64,000 nt of DNA, from the NCBI GenBank assembly GCA_046563655.1, contig CM102287.1:7440001-7504000 (forward strand). Reading direction: 5' to 3'. Below the pieces are notes generated by a model. It worked only from the letters and a program-made list of their open reading frames with translations. It did not search any database and was not told the origin of the DNA. The stretch comes from Yuukianura sp. NJ FZ-2021. Taxonomy: Eukaryota. The position numbers were made by a program, and so were the translations under genes. Below, piece after piece: positions 1 through 14,211 of the stretch. Position 1 is the stretch's first letter. Each line of letters starts with the position of its first letter.

Positions 1-150
1 GGCACGAGCTACACAGTTACATTTCTTAACTTCTAAATTAAGTTTAAACCCCTCAAATTGATTTCTACCATTGTCGGACTTCTGAGACTTTGAATTTCTG
101 CTCATCATTTACGATTTTCCGCTAAATCTTCTCTTTCCGGTTCCTTCTAC

Positions 151-3100
151 TCAATCCGGTTTGGTTAGAATTTGAGTTGCGTTAACATTGATTCCAGTTG
201 AGATCACTTGAGTAGTGGGACTTGTTGAGAGAACTTGAGAATTTGTTGAAATCATGCCAGGAGGAATGCAGAGCGTGATGGTTCTGGCTCCGGAACAGTT
301 GGACCTTGAAGACGCTGCAGCCGAAGTGACTGAATTCTGTTGAGCCAAGAGATTCATCATGAACTCTGGTTGCAGAAGAGTTTCAATTTCACTGTTGCTA
401 ACATTTCCGCTTGTTGTTATGAGGTATCCAAACATATTCTCTTGTGACTGATGCGGAATGAGAATTTGCTTTTCAGAAGTCAGCTCACTCGGGCTCGGTT
501 CTTGCTGCAGTGGATCCAACTCCTGTTCTCTTGGCAGGATCTGGACGTCTGGCGCTGGAAGTGGATTCGACGCTTCTACTATTACTACTGCCTCAGCCTG
601 GTCCAATTGCTTCACATTGTTTTTCTGAGGCCTCGGAGTCTATTCAAAAACATAAACTTAAAAAATCTGCAAACTTTCTGAAAAAACTTAGGTAGGTAGT
701 CATTCCGCTAACCTGAATTTCAGGTGGCATCAACTCAATATGAAATTTCCTTTGATGCTGCAGAAGTTTTGCGCGCGTAGCATACTGGCGATGACACCAC
801 TGACAAGCATGCGGTGTCCCCACAATTTCTCCAACTATTTTTTCTTTCCTAATGACTTCATCTACAGTTCTAACTTTCATATTTTCCATCTCAGCAGCTC
901 CAAAGTCATTCAGATTAAAGTCGTGCGTAGTACTGCCAACTTTTTCTTCCAAAATGGCTTTGAGATCCTTCCCTCTAACTTGTGGTGGAATAGATTTGCC
1001 TGGATGATTCTTTAGAATATGAGATTTCCTCTTGGAACTACTCTTGTAAATCCGTTCACAATGAGGACAAAAATAATTCTTTGCCGTTCGTGTAATTGGA
1101 AGAGCCAGCTCAGGAACATCTTCTGGATCAATTTCAGGATGTCGCTGTTGAAAAACATGCACGTAACTGTTAGTATTGGAAATCTAAAAATAGCCGTGTC
1201 CTACTTCAATTTCTGAGAATAATTATACCTTGGCCAAATGATTGACCAACATCCCTCTGCGCCGGAAGCCTATCATACATTCCTGACATCGAAACGTAAA
1301 ACTTGTGAGCTGTTCCTCCGTGAGCCTTGGCAGTACTTTCTTGGTACCGAAAACTTTCTTTCCAAATGGAGTTGGCTTTCCATCCAAAATGTAGTGAGTA
1401 ATCGGAGCTTGTTCTTCTACAGTGACAATGCGTGTCTGGCCTTTCAGCTTTCCATGAGCCTTGCGTGTATGATCTGTCAATTTGTCTTTTCGCTAGAAAC
1501 AAAAAAGTCCGTAATTGATTTTGTGTCTGTATCCCAAAAAACTTCAACCTTATTTAGAAAAGCCAAAAATCGAAGCAGTGGACATGCACTCACCTTGAAT
1601 TGTCTTCCACATTCTACAAAAACAAAACAGAATTACATGAATCACTTTTTCTTTAAAAATTTGAAGTTTGGAAAACTTTCTGCTGTAAAATACCTGCGCA
1701 AAGGTACGCCCTGAAGGAACTGTGTCGGAGTTCATGCAATTTTAGTTTATCCGGGGTTGGAAATTTCATACTGCAGTCATGACAGGAGTACAGCCTCGGT
1801 CCATGAAAAGCTCGAATATGTTTCCGTACGAGAGAATAACATGAGAAATCCTGTTTCAAATAAAACAAAAAACATAAAAAACATCTTCAAAATAACAGAC
1901 TTTTCATCTTCAAGTATACAACAAATTAGACCAATTTTAAACTGAAATTGAATCTAGGTCGAGGTGGTAGTAGTGTAAAGTCATAAATTATGTGGGTCGA
2001 GGCTAAGTAAAAAGTGGACCCTCTGAGGCATTAGGTTTCCACAGAACTTAATAAGATCAAAACACCAACATTAAAAATTAACATCACTTTGAGAGTTGCA
2101 GGAAGCCAGAAAACGAGGCCTCCAAAACTTGGAGACCAAATTGATATGTGGTTTCACTGGAAAGACCTTACTGGCAAAAGTGGATCAGTTGAATAAATTA
2201 TTGCTTTTCTTTTGTTGTATTTTCTGGACTTCTCTAAAGCCGATTGTACACAAAGATCTCCCATACTTTTTTTGGTAATGTACAATGCAATGTAAGTGAC
2301 TAATTGAGTAGGCAACCAACCTTGGGACAATGAGGGCAGCTAAATGATCCAGTTTCCTCATTCTTATGAGTTTGTACATGTTCTTTGAGGACCAGAAGTT
2401 GTTCCGTGTAGAATTCACAGAGAGGACACTCGAAAAATCTCCCTGTGGGGGAATAAGGTCACAACAATTAATTAATCATAACATTTTCAAAAATACTTTA
2501 TACTCGTCTTCCGCAATTGTGAAACCAACGAGCATCATGCATATTTAGTAAAGTGGAAAACTTTTTAAGTAAAAAAAAAACTATGTCACTAGAGGCCTTT
2601 TGAAATGTCACGGAAAGCTCACCCTCATGGCTCTTTGCATGTCCAGCTAATGCCGAATTCGTTAGAACTGAAAAAAGAACACAAAAATGAAATTAAACTT
2701 CAAAATTTCAAAAAACAAAAACAAATTCTGTCTAGTCAAATCATCATTAACAAACTTACATCTTTTACCACAGTCATCACATTTGAGCGGTTTAAAATGA
2801 TCGGCGCTATGGACCATCATATGTTTCTGGAGACGATGTTGCGTAGCAAATGCTTTGTAGCAAAGATTACATTTGACCTTGCCCTGTAATGTGCTGGAAC
2901 TAGAAGATTCTTGGTCTCCAGGGAAAGATTTTTCCGGTGGAATATCCGGAGATGAGCTTTCGACGACTGGAATTTCCTCTTGCTCCTTGCGTAATCTCTC
3001 AATTTCCTTTTTCTTCAGGGATTTCTTGCTGGTTGTTGATGAACTTGGCTCAGCTTCAACACTTCCCTTCACCTTATTTCCATCAACAGCAGCTTTTTCT

Positions 3101-6100
3101 TCTCCATTTCCATTCGTATCACTCAATGACTTGTAAAATTTTCGAATAGCTTTCTTCTTCGGACGTCTGAATCCATCAATATCTCCATCCAGATGAGCCG
3201 TGTCAAGGTGCTGGTTGACCTCTTCCATTGAAGTGCAGCTGAATTCGCATTCAAAGCAATCGAATTTCTCTACTTCTTCCTTCTCTATCTTCCGTTTCGG
3301 TTTTTTCGAAGTTCCCGCTTTTCGCCCTACAGGAGGTTGCTCTTTTACTGGTTCCTTGACCTCGACTGGAAAATGCGGCAAATTATACTTCTCAGCATAC
3401 TCTTGACCATATCCCACTTGGAGTTCAGTTTTCGCAGAGATTTCTCGACAGGATGTAAAGTAGAGTAGTCCATCTTCCTCTGAGACTAGAACGTTTTGCT
3501 CTTGACCTGACCTCGCTCTTCTTACAAACTTCATCCAGTTGCATAAATCATCGTCAGTTCGATCCAATTGATACACAATTCCACTGCTATCAACCATTAC
3601 GAGAACGGGATAAACAGTGTCATTGTTCTCCAGGTCAGCAATAGAAGCTCTTTTCAACGGTCCTTCAACTGGACCAAATCGGGCATTGATTGGAATTTTC
3701 TTATTTCTGTTCGTCACGACGCCCCAACCATTTCCTGACATGCGCGTGAGAGTGAGAATGCTTGGGAGACTGGCAAACGACTTTGGCTGAACAGGTTTGT
3801 CTAAGATGAAATTCGGTTTCTTGTCAATTGATGGCGACGAATCGGATGCTTCCACATTTTCTTTCTTCTTCTTGACACGAATTATCCTCTTTTCATCCAT
3901 ATTTGTTTCTTGTGGTCCAGAAAGCTCCAACATTGGCTGCTGCTGTTGCGTCTGCGAAGGTTGTGTCTGAGAGTCCGTTGAACTGTTTTGATTTGTATCG
4001 AACGCCGTCGCCACGGTTGTTGACGTAGTAGAAGTAGTCGTAAAAATGATATTCGATCCCACAGAGAGATTTCCATAAGTAGAATTTGAGTCGTCAGCAC
4101 TAACCGAGTGACCATGTTGGGAGTGTGACATGGAAATGTTTATATTTTCAGATTCTCTGCTTGATTGTGAATGCTGAACCAATGCTTGTTCCAAATTTAC
4201 AGCCGACATGAGATTGACAGGTTCCTCTTCATACTCCAAAATGACACCACGTTGGTGATGATGGTGCGGGGTCATAATCAAGGTCGATGGATCTGATATG
4301 ATTTGATTTTTCCCGGATACATTAGTGACAAAAGTAGACTGCAAATCCATTGGTAGTGGCATTGACGTGAGAAGCGGAAGTCCATTGGCCAAGTCCCTGT
4401 CGGTCAACTCCACATCGTCCATAACCAGTCCATGTTGAGATGATCCACTAGAAGGATGGGCATGAAGGTGATGTTGAAGACTTGTTCTCTTGGTCATGGA
4501 ATGACCATTGGAATGACTCTTTTCAATTTCCATCACGGACATATCCATTACTTCATCCTGTACTCCTTCGTCATGTGGTTGACCTTGTCCTTGCCAAACT
4601 CGAGGTGGCCACTCACTACTACTTGCCCATCCATTATTATTCCCTGCCGAATTACTTCCTGGAATTGAGGCCATGGATCCAGATGTACGCAAATTGGTAG
4701 AATTAATTCTATTCTGGTAATCTGCAACTATCCATGACTCTTCATGTTGAGAACGAGCTAAAGATGGTTCCATCATCAACAAATTCCGTAGTGTAGAGAT
4801 TTCTGCTACTTGATTAGCCTTCCCTCCCATGAAACTAAGGTCACCCGAATCCAGAAACTGTTGCTGTTGAATTTGCATTTCTTCGTTACTCTCCAACTGT
4901 AAGTCTTCTCGCCCACTCCTTTCTCCTGTCTCCGGAAGTCCCAGAATGAATTCCAAATGGCCAGCATGTGTTGGACCTTGAAATTGGATACTGTTGTCTT
5001 CCATACTGTTGTGAATCATGTTTGAATGGACAATTCTTGAAGTTGAAGGATGAGAAGAGACACATAATGGAACTGAGCCCAGACCATTTCCACCATTATT
5101 ATTTATGAACATTTCATCTTCAGTTAGGATATTTCCATAGTAGTAACTGTATGGATCAGAGGTGTCGTACAGAATTTGATTATTTCCGTCGTTCCCTTCG
5201 TCTCCCTTGGACATTGAATCTGAAAAGTCTTCTCCAGCTGATGAGCGGATGAATGGTTCATAATTCATGACATTCGAGTATCGGTCGTTGTTGGGAGATG
5301 ATGAATCGTCTTCCATCACTCCTCCACTGCTTGCTTGAGGTTCTTCGATAGAACAAAGTTGTCTCTGCAAATCATGCATCATCAAATGCTGCTGCGGTTG
5401 CAACGAATTTAGTAAGATTTGATTTTGTTGATGTTCCGATACAGGTGAAAGTTGTAATTGCTGTTGAAGCGGAGACGGTGGAGCTGAAGTAATGGCTTCG
5501 ATTTGTTGTTGATGCTGCTGCTGAAGTGATGGCGGTGGAGTCGTAGATACTGGAATTGTGATCTCACCGCTTTGCATACGGTGAAGTAACTTTTGTTTTG
5601 GTGTAAGCGGAATCTTCTTGACATGAAACGTTTTTGCAGAAATCATAGGATTCCTTGTGACAGGAGGAAGACCCCGTGCTTGATCCGGGTCACAAAACGA
5701 AGTGCCAGAAGAATTGGAACATTCTGGTAATTCAGGAATAGTCATAGTAGATTGGCTCAACTGTCTTCTAATAAGGGAGTCCACGGTGTTGGCCAAGTCT
5801 GAACTATTGCTCGGCCCTTGTTGAGGTTGAGGTGGCACTGCTGCATGATGACCCACACCATCGACAATGTCGCATCCCACAGAATTATGATTTGTACTTC
5901 GTGCTTGATCATTGTCGGCAGCCAGTGCTGATGCTGCTTCGGCCTCCAGTCTCTCCATTTCTGCTTCATTTGCCAACCGTGCCACCAGTTTCTTGAATGG
6001 CTTCGTACCCGAAAGTATTCCTGATGAAGGATCATAAAGAGATGAAACAAAGTTTGATTTTGTTGAATTTGATCCCGTCGTGACTCCATAGTCCCAGGTA

Positions 6101-7032
6101 CTGCCACCAGAAGAGCGCAGAGGTGGCACAGTAGTTACTGGTACATTGCTTAGACTGATAATACTGGAATTGGGTTCATGAAGATTAGTGGAAGAGTTGT
6201 TTTGATTATTTCCGCCCGGATGGTTATTGCTGCTCGCCTGAGCCTGAGCTGAAAATCGTTCAAAGCTTGAAGCCTTCTTGATTTTGTTCCGCAGTGGAGA
6301 TATGTTACTGAACGAGCTCGCGGAGAACGTAATGTTATTGGCGGACAAGGAATATGATGAACCTTGTGTGACGACAGTCACATTTGATAATTGCTGCTGA
6401 GAACTTCCTTCACGCGTCGAGCTGTCATCTCGATCACTTTCACTGGTCTCAGTCGCAGGAGGTCTAGATACGGATACATAGGAATTACGGATTGAATGTG
6501 TAGGTTGATGAAGTGACGGAGATGGTGGCGGGGGTGGTGATGATGAGGCCCTTAGTGCTTGCTGAACTACTTGATAGTGACTGTTGGAGTCATCAGCAAA
6601 CGGAGATTGTGGAATGTCATCAGTGGTTGATGAGGACACGACACATGGATCCTGGACTACTGGAGCTTGATTACTTTCATTACGCCCTCCTCTGTGTTGA
6701 TATGAATTAGACATTGAGGAAGGTCCAGCATAAGTTGAATCTGGACTTGCTAGGGATGACGAGCCAAGATGATTGCCAGTATTTCTATTTCTTTGTCTCG
6801 GAGTAACAAATGATGGAGTTGAAGATGATGGTTGTAACTCATCTTCATCAGCCGCTTGACCATTTAGGTTCGAAAATCGATTCATTGCTGGACGAGCCCT
6901 CCTGGAAATTAAGCCTGTTTGTAGTAACTGTTGTGCCAACGGAGTAGTTGTACTGGAAATGGCCTCAGATGATGAATTGGAGCGGTATCTTTCGGGGAAA
7001 CGGTTTTGCTCATCTTGGTTGTCATCATCCAT
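151..7032 (-). CDS. PRDM10: PR/SET domain C2H2 zinc-finger protein, PRDM10 ortholog (multi-exon; first coding exon 7032-2760, then small exons down to the stop at 151)
   Basis: PR domain (ASLPSIL..RFGPVEG..CNWMKFVRRA..EQN..YF...ELQVGYGQEYA). Spliced fingers match the PRDM10 signature: [91 protein letters not shown]. GT-AG junctions keep frame. Confidence 0.93.
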
Positions 7033-7070
7033 TATTTTCTAGCTCCTTCTTTCAAAATGGCCTCAGTCAT
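7032..7070 (-). promoter_or_regulatory. 12-aa upstream ORF (MTEAILKEGARK*) whose stop overlaps the PRDM10 start (TAATG)
   Basis: After the splice acceptor at 7081 the minus strand reads ATG ACT GAG GCC ATT TTG AAA GAA GGA GCT AGA AAA TAA, and the last A of TAA is the A of the main ATG at 7032. Confidence 0.5.
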
Positions 7071-10000
7071 GCAAACTCTCCTGAAAAATAGAAACAAAAA
7101 CAGGTCATTAAACAAAATTTCACGACACAGCTTTTCAATTAATTTTCACGAGACAAACAAGTAACAACTCATCCTAGACTAAACTTCAAAGTTCGAAAAT
7201 AAACTAAACTAAATGAATCACGGAGCAGATGACCTGGACAAAATTCGATACCAAACACAAAGACAAACTTCAAAAAAGAAAAGAAAAAAATCCTGCCAAA
7301 TTGCTCTAGATCTTCTTTGTTCCAGTTGCAAAAAGTTTTAAATTTTAACGAGCGCCCCACTTTAAAAACTCCGTTTCTTTCTTTAGAAAACCCAAAAATA
7401 CTCTGAAAACTTCCAAATCTGAAAACATACCATATACAGTAAAATTAAAAAGTTTTGAGATCACCTCAACTCTGCAACTTGTCAAGTGCCGTTCACACCT
7501 CACACCTCTGACTTTCTAGCGACCACGACAAAGGCAACCAGGCCACCAACACACTTTTGATTTCCTTTGCAAAAAATCTCTCGTGAACAATTTCTCTTTC
7601 ATAACAATTGATGTAACTTCCTGTGACCGTGGATGTGGGAGCACAACAAACCTAACATTTGGTTTCACAGGAAGCAAAAATACGAAAGCTGTGGAGCTCA
7701 CAAAGTCACCACAAGCACAAGTTGTGCTGGGATAAACAGTGTTACCGTCCCAAGTAACAAAACGAGAGTGAAATGGAACGAGAGTGAGAGGGCACGGAGG
7801 GGGACTTTGACAGATCCAAATGGCATTCACACGGAATGCAACGACACTTCACTCACAAATACACATGTGTGACCAAAAAAAAACACTAAGAACAAAAAGT
7901 CTTTGTCTTTTGGAATTTTTAGTTTTATCACAGAAGAGATCAACTTTCGAAAAAATAAACAAAAAATATAATGCTTTGATTAGATTTATTTAGCTTCACG
8001 GGCACTGACTGATATTTCCTTTCTCAAAACTAAAAAATTCCGCTTCGGAATTTCCCAACTCCTGGCTCCAACTGTTCAAATACTCTTGAAAAACAGAAAA
8101 CAAAGGTCAACTTGACACTTAAACGCAACGCTGATCGCTGCTGGATGACGATGCTACTACTTCGGTGGTTCCAGACGGACTAAACCAAGTTCCCATTGCT
8201 CCACTTCCTTTATCAAAGTGGCATAGTGTTGGAAATCCAGAAGACCTTGTCTCTTCTAACTCCGTCCAATTCCAAATACACAATGTATTAGTACTACCCA
8301 CTGTTGCTCACTGATCATGCCCTAGCTTTTTAGAGACTACTTGCACATACGTCGAAAAAACATTACTCTTCCTCGTCTATCTATCCATCCACGAGCAACA
8401 CTTTATCCTTGGACGTACGGAAAAATCGAACAACCTCCAGACAGCCTTAGTTTGAAATTAATTAGCCTAGGGTAAGGGCATGGGGCCAATAATTGACCAA
8501 AACCCCCGGTTTTGAAACCATAATCATGATAACTTCTCAAACACAATTAGAACATCGGTGGCTACTTGGGTAAATACATCGATTCCAGGTAAAATCCCAG
8601 TTAGCAAGATCATGCGATAACAACGTCATTATTTTTCGATCGAAAATTCGGTTTTAATAAAACCCAATTTTCCGATCCGACTATAAAACCGTTTTATACT
8701 TTTCAGCGTTCAGTTTTAACGCTGCATGAAAATAACGTCTACATGAAAATGAAATTGAAAAGAACAGAAAATGAAAAAAAAACAGCTTCAGGCTCCAGTG
8801 CTGCGTGCAACTTCTAACAAAGGGAAAAGGAAATTGTCTGAAAATGTACACAATGCATTCCAAACTTATTTAAGAATCTGAAGGGCTTGGGCTGGGCCCT
8901 TAAAACAGCTCAAGGGATAAAATGGTCGGCTGAACCTCCAGGCTTTGTGTTACTTTTGATGATATCATTTTCATTGTAAGCCAATGCCAAACCAAAACCA
9001 ACATATTTTCTCAAGTACCATGGAGCATGGGGCCTTGAAGTGCTCCTCTCCAGAGTCCTATCCTGACATGCTATACGTCTCTCACCTCCAACATGCCCCA
9101 AAAGCAGAAAATGGAGACTATTGACCTTGGACTGGATTCAGAGAGTTACCCTCCTTCTGGATACCCAGTGACCTTCCTTCCTCTACTTACCCTAACTACT
9201 GCGCCAAGGTGGAGTCGAACCCACAACCCCGCAGTCTTGGATAACACACACACGCTTCCACGCCGTCTCGTCGTTTTCACGTCTCCAAAAAGCCTCAGCA
9301 GAAGCGCCTTTTTTCAAAAGTGGAGCAAACTTTTAGTCCAAAACTTACTTTCCTTTTACTATAGTAGTCTCCCTGCAAACAAAAACGGGTGCTCAAATGG
9401 GCGTCCGTGAGAACCGGTGACCTTCGACCAAAAAAACAGACTCAATTCCGCTCTATCTGACATTGGAATGGATTCCTTGCGCCGGGACAGTTCTCCTTGG
9501 AACTGAAATTCACACGGAAAGTATAACCTACCACCACGAGCCACCACAAAACCCATCCTCCTCCTTTGCTCTATTCTGCAACATCACAGAAACAGGATTC
9601 GGAAAGTCAGTTTGCCAATCCCCGATGCATAAAGCACAACAGTGACGCAAACAGGGGAAAACTTCCACAGAAAACTCAATAAATGAAGATGATGCCTGAC
9701 CTTTAGCAGCACGCGATACGACCCGAAAGTCCTTGAGAACCTTAATGCATCTCTCTCTGTGGGAAATTTATCTAAAGTTTTATGATGGATGTTGCTAACA
9801 AGCTAAGCACAGTACAGTATGTGTCACTTGTCAAAATGCCACAAAAGATCAAAATAATTTCTATCTCTATTATACTACAAAGGTTACACTAAACTGGAAA
9901 TAAGATTACAAAACTGAATTGAAACTGACCTTCAGAAAGTTTTAACTTTGTGTTGTAACTGAAAAGCCTTCAAACTCCAAATTGAACAAATAAACTGAAA

Positions 10001-12127
10001 TTTCCAGGAGCGGAAAATTAGTCATGAAATTTTTAAAACACCCACCAAGGTCAATTCTCCGCTCAACAACTTTTTATGCCCCAAGTAGCAAAACAGAGTC
10101 TACAAAATGTGTTTTTCAGCCTAAAAATAAAACTCAATTGTCCGTTAAATCCAAGATCACAATTTTTTGGCACCAAACTGAAAATTCATTTACTAGATCA
10201 AGTTATGGTAGGCGTGTGGCCTGAAACTACTGAAAATCTTCTGATCTCAATGACGTGAGTCTCAAAACTAATGAATTGGTTTGTGTTGTGTGCTGTTCTT
10301 TACGGAAGACTCCAAAGTCAAAGACTAGCGTAATAATTTTTATGCATTTAACCTCTAAATCTGTAACTATTCTTTTTTGCACATTCGCCTTTATTTGCCA
10401 ACCTTGTTCTCGGCACCTTACCAACTTAAAAGCACTACCTCAAACTTGTTCTCATATTAGATTTCCATTAGGTTAGGCCAGAGTCCATGCAATATGTTAG
10501 TTTAATAGTAAGATCTCGTAGGTAACATCCTCATTAGGTCGTGTGACCTTCCTCAAGAGCTCCAATCTTATATAAACTTCAAGCCACAATTTAATTAACT
10601 ACCATTGTTTCCCCTGACTTTACGACTCTACCTAATGTCACATACGATCATATACTTTAAGACACGACTCAAACTTAACAATTTTTGGGGGTTTCTACAG
10701 TAATAAACTATGCTTAGGGAAGTCCCTGACTTAAAATGTCCTCTTCCTCCTAATAGAATACTAATATCAAGGTTCAAGGTGAAGGTGATCTTCATTCTAT
10801 TCACAGCATCCATAAAATCCACATATCCCAGGAGCGACAAACATTCAAGTGCATGGTCATGCAACATCTACCTTAACTAAAAAAAAGTAAAAGTGCTTTG
10901 GAATATTTTAAGTTTCAACTTTTCACATGCAGCACAGAGTTACTTACATAAGAGAGCCAGCCATATGCTACGTTCTACGTTCTTAGAATCAAAATTTACT
11001 CCAAATGTTGCCTTTTCTAAGTAAATTCTTGCTGCATAGAAGATCACAAAGAAAAGTTGCGTCTGACTCGCCGAGTACCAAGAAATGAAAGATTCATGAA
11101 TCACGAAAGACATTTGACATTTCAATTTCAGTTTTCAAAATTTAGAGCGAGCTGAAATTTGGAATTGGAGCTTGTAAACATGAACCTTCCACAATTACAG
11201 GTCATGTCGTGTACAGTATAATGGTTTCTCAAATTTCAAATTTTCCCGGTTTCAATTTCAAGACATCACATATAACCAAACATGTACATGTTACCAAAGT
11301 ACATGTATGTACATGTTACCATAAAGTCTGCACAAAATCGAAGATTAAAGTAACAGAAACCCTGTCTAGCATCAATGAGGTCAAGAAATTTAACCTAACC
11401 ATAGTTATTTTTTTTTTCGAAATGCTATCGAGTTTCAAGGCAAGACTTTTTCTTGGTATTTTTTAACGAGTGACCACTGTAGTGGTGTACCTAAAGGTTT
11501 CTAAAAATTGAGCTAATCGTAATCGCTTGAGCTCAGCAATGAGGTCACCTCGGTAAGCGTTTTTATAAAAATAAAAAAAGTTGGTGAGAGATGGTGTCAC
11601 TGCGTTGTTTGAGCTAATTTTTTGTGGATGATTTGCGGTTGCGGCTGACCTTTTAGTTAGCGGAAGGGATGACGATGAGGCCAGAGGAGGAAGGACGAGG
11701 TGACAGGATGCTATGGTTTAGCATTGAGTTTTCAAAAATTGGACTATCGCCATCCTCAAATCCAAAAACAAAACAGAGGGAGTAACTACTTGTGCAAAAG
11801 TTTAACCTTAAGTAATTCGAAGAAATGTATTTGTATTTACTTGATTGGGTTCTTGGTAACCATCGGGGACAAGGGAAATGGTCAGCCATGTCAATGTCTC
11901 TTTCCTAATTTCCATTCAAATAAGAGTACCCTTGTCCTAAAATCTAACTGAGTCAATGAAACTTATCGACTAAACAAAGCGTAAGGGTGCCAAGGGTCGC
12001 TCTCAATTCAAAAATGTCTTCTTTGGCCTCTCCCTCCAGGGACAGGGACCCTGGCATTGTTTAGGTCCTTTGTCCAACATTAGGATTTAGGAACAGAACA
12101 AGGTACGTAAACAAAAAAGTTTTTCTA

Positions 12128-12380
12128 CACCAGGTTGTCTAATAAATCGAAGTTCTAAAATTTGTTTGAAAGTAGCAAATCTGCCTTTCTTTGGTAAAAC
12201 ATGCAATTTAAATGGGATTCCACAGTGGGAAAAGAGTCGAAGTTTTCAGTCAATGTTTTAGATGGGACAAATCATACAAATGGAAACGTTACAAAACAAA
12301 TGGGATTTTCTGTCTCAAAATGAAGACTTGTTCCCACTAAAAGTTGTTTTAAAAAAATGAGTTATTTGGACAACCTGTTG
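12128..12380. mobile_element. MITE-like non-autonomous Tc1/mariner-type element (about 253 bp)
   Basis: TA|CACCAGGTTGTCTAATAA ... TTATTTGGACAACCTGTTG|TA: imperfect 18-19 bp terminal inverted repeats, TA on both sides, no ORF. Confidence 0.6.
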
Positions 12381-14211
12381 TAGGAAATACAATTCGGTTG
12401 TCCAAGAACCTTGGAACAGAGTGTGTCAGGAAGAGGGCCTTGGTGTTACAATGGTCCAAGGGAAAAGGGGGCCCTTCAGATGTCCAATAATAAGTTGAAG
12501 CTTAAAAGTACACCTAGGTTGCTCCACTTTCGTTACCTACTTAAGCCTCCTTGTCAATGAAGTCTTAATTTGTCTCTTCAATGGTTAGGCCAAGGTCAGT
12601 GTGATAAACACAGGGAATCCAGGTCCCTGCCCTATATTTCCAATACACAACTTCATGTTCAATTATCAGAACTTTTAACAACAGAAGAGGCCAATGAAAT
12701 GGGATCGACCAGGTTATGTTTGGAAAGTGAGTTATAATGTAGCCTACATTATGTAGGTAACGATTGTTACTCAAGTGTGGTACTCGTGTCAAACCAAGGA
12801 TGCACTGTACCTTTTGTGCTCGACCTACATAAATCTCCCTCCTACGCATCGATACTACAATGTACTTGGCAGAAATCACACCCTATGACCCAAAACATTA
12901 TTAACTCATCAAATTTGACATTACAGGTCAAAGCTGAAATAAAAAGCCTACGGTAAAATATCAAAATAGAAGACCGTGTTAGGTAGTATATAAATATAAC
13001 GACAAAATTAGCCTTCCGAAATTATAATACCAAACAGAATACCTCTTGAGAATTTGACGTCTACGGAACGATACGGTATCGTGATTACCGACGACATCAT
13101 ATCAACATGTTACAGTCACTAGGGACCTTTTCGCCGGATTTTGATGGTAGCGCAGCGGTCCTAGTAAGTTTGAAAAACCGGTTAGATTACCGCTACTGGG
13201 GCCATGAAACTTTTTTCCTCAAAACTTTCGATTTTTTTTGTTTTCTTCACATTTTTAAAAACCTTCCTGATATTCCGGACGGCCTTGACTAAAAACCCCA
13301 GAGGAGGGGACCCTGACTTGCAGGCCGCGGAAATTTCAGAAATACGATGCCTTAAAACTTATTAAAACTAGTAAGCACCATGTTTGCTTCTAGTGAGTCG
13401 AGCAGTATGGAACGAAAATACTTTGAGTTCCCGAACCCGGTTCGGATTTCGGAGTAATCGGAATTCGTTATGAACAGGAATACGCCCACGTAAACACCCT
13501 CAGTGCCTCAGTTGAAACCGTTTGTCGCCAAATACTACGATAATGTTGATTCATGGGAATCTAATGATGTAAAACGTAGTAAATGCCGAGTACCGTACGA
13601 AGAACGACGTTCCTTGTTGATTTGATTGATGGCCAACGGATGAAGGAATGTGGATGTAAACAAAGGAATAATGGGATCTTCCTTCCTGTTCCTTGCAGTT
13701 GCACTTTTGCAAGTAATAGTGAAAGTGCCAAATACCTCCGTGGAAGATCCCACTGTTAAAGCTCCCACAAATCAACTCGTCTATCTTCCTTATTTAAGCT
13801 TACTTAAGTTTTACAACAAATCGTATAAAAAAGGAAGAAGGAAACATCTTTACCTCATCTGTTACTGTAGTTTTGCTTGGTTAGCTTCAAAGATCACAAT
13901 GGCGAATCAAGTAGAGATGAACTCGTCCCCCCACAGGCATGCAGTAGTAAGTAGTAACTAGGGATTTACTTCCGATTAGTTTACAATGTCACCTGTCCAC
14001 CATTGCGTAACCAAACGACACTCGTCACCGCATGTCCCAACTGGTCCACAGATCTTTTCAAATGCTTAAATTCTATTAATTAATTGTACAAAACAAAATG
14101 TAAATCCGGAGAAATGGCAGAGAGCAGAGCAGAAACAAAACACTGAACAAAAATAAAAGTTTTTGAGTGATTGAACTCTTCTCGTTTTATGAACTTCTCT
14201 TCCCATCTCAG

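Noticed and set aside
2817..6710. Antisense and alternate-frame ORFs overlapping the large PRDM10 exon
   Set aside because: These are expected shadow ORFs of a long coding exon, with no independent evidence.
9200..9270. Functional tRNA gene
   Set aside because: Only a degenerate T-arm is present; I could not build acceptor, D or anticodon stems.
7100..13100. Many 60-105 aa ORFs upstream of PRDM10
   Set aside because: No recognisable domains or consistent splice chains; probably UTR, regulatory DNA and decayed repeats.
13117..13505. Possible Transib-like element (CACTAGGG ... CCCTCAGTG)
   Set aside because: The terminal match is only about 8 bp with a gap, and there is no matching 5 bp target duplication.
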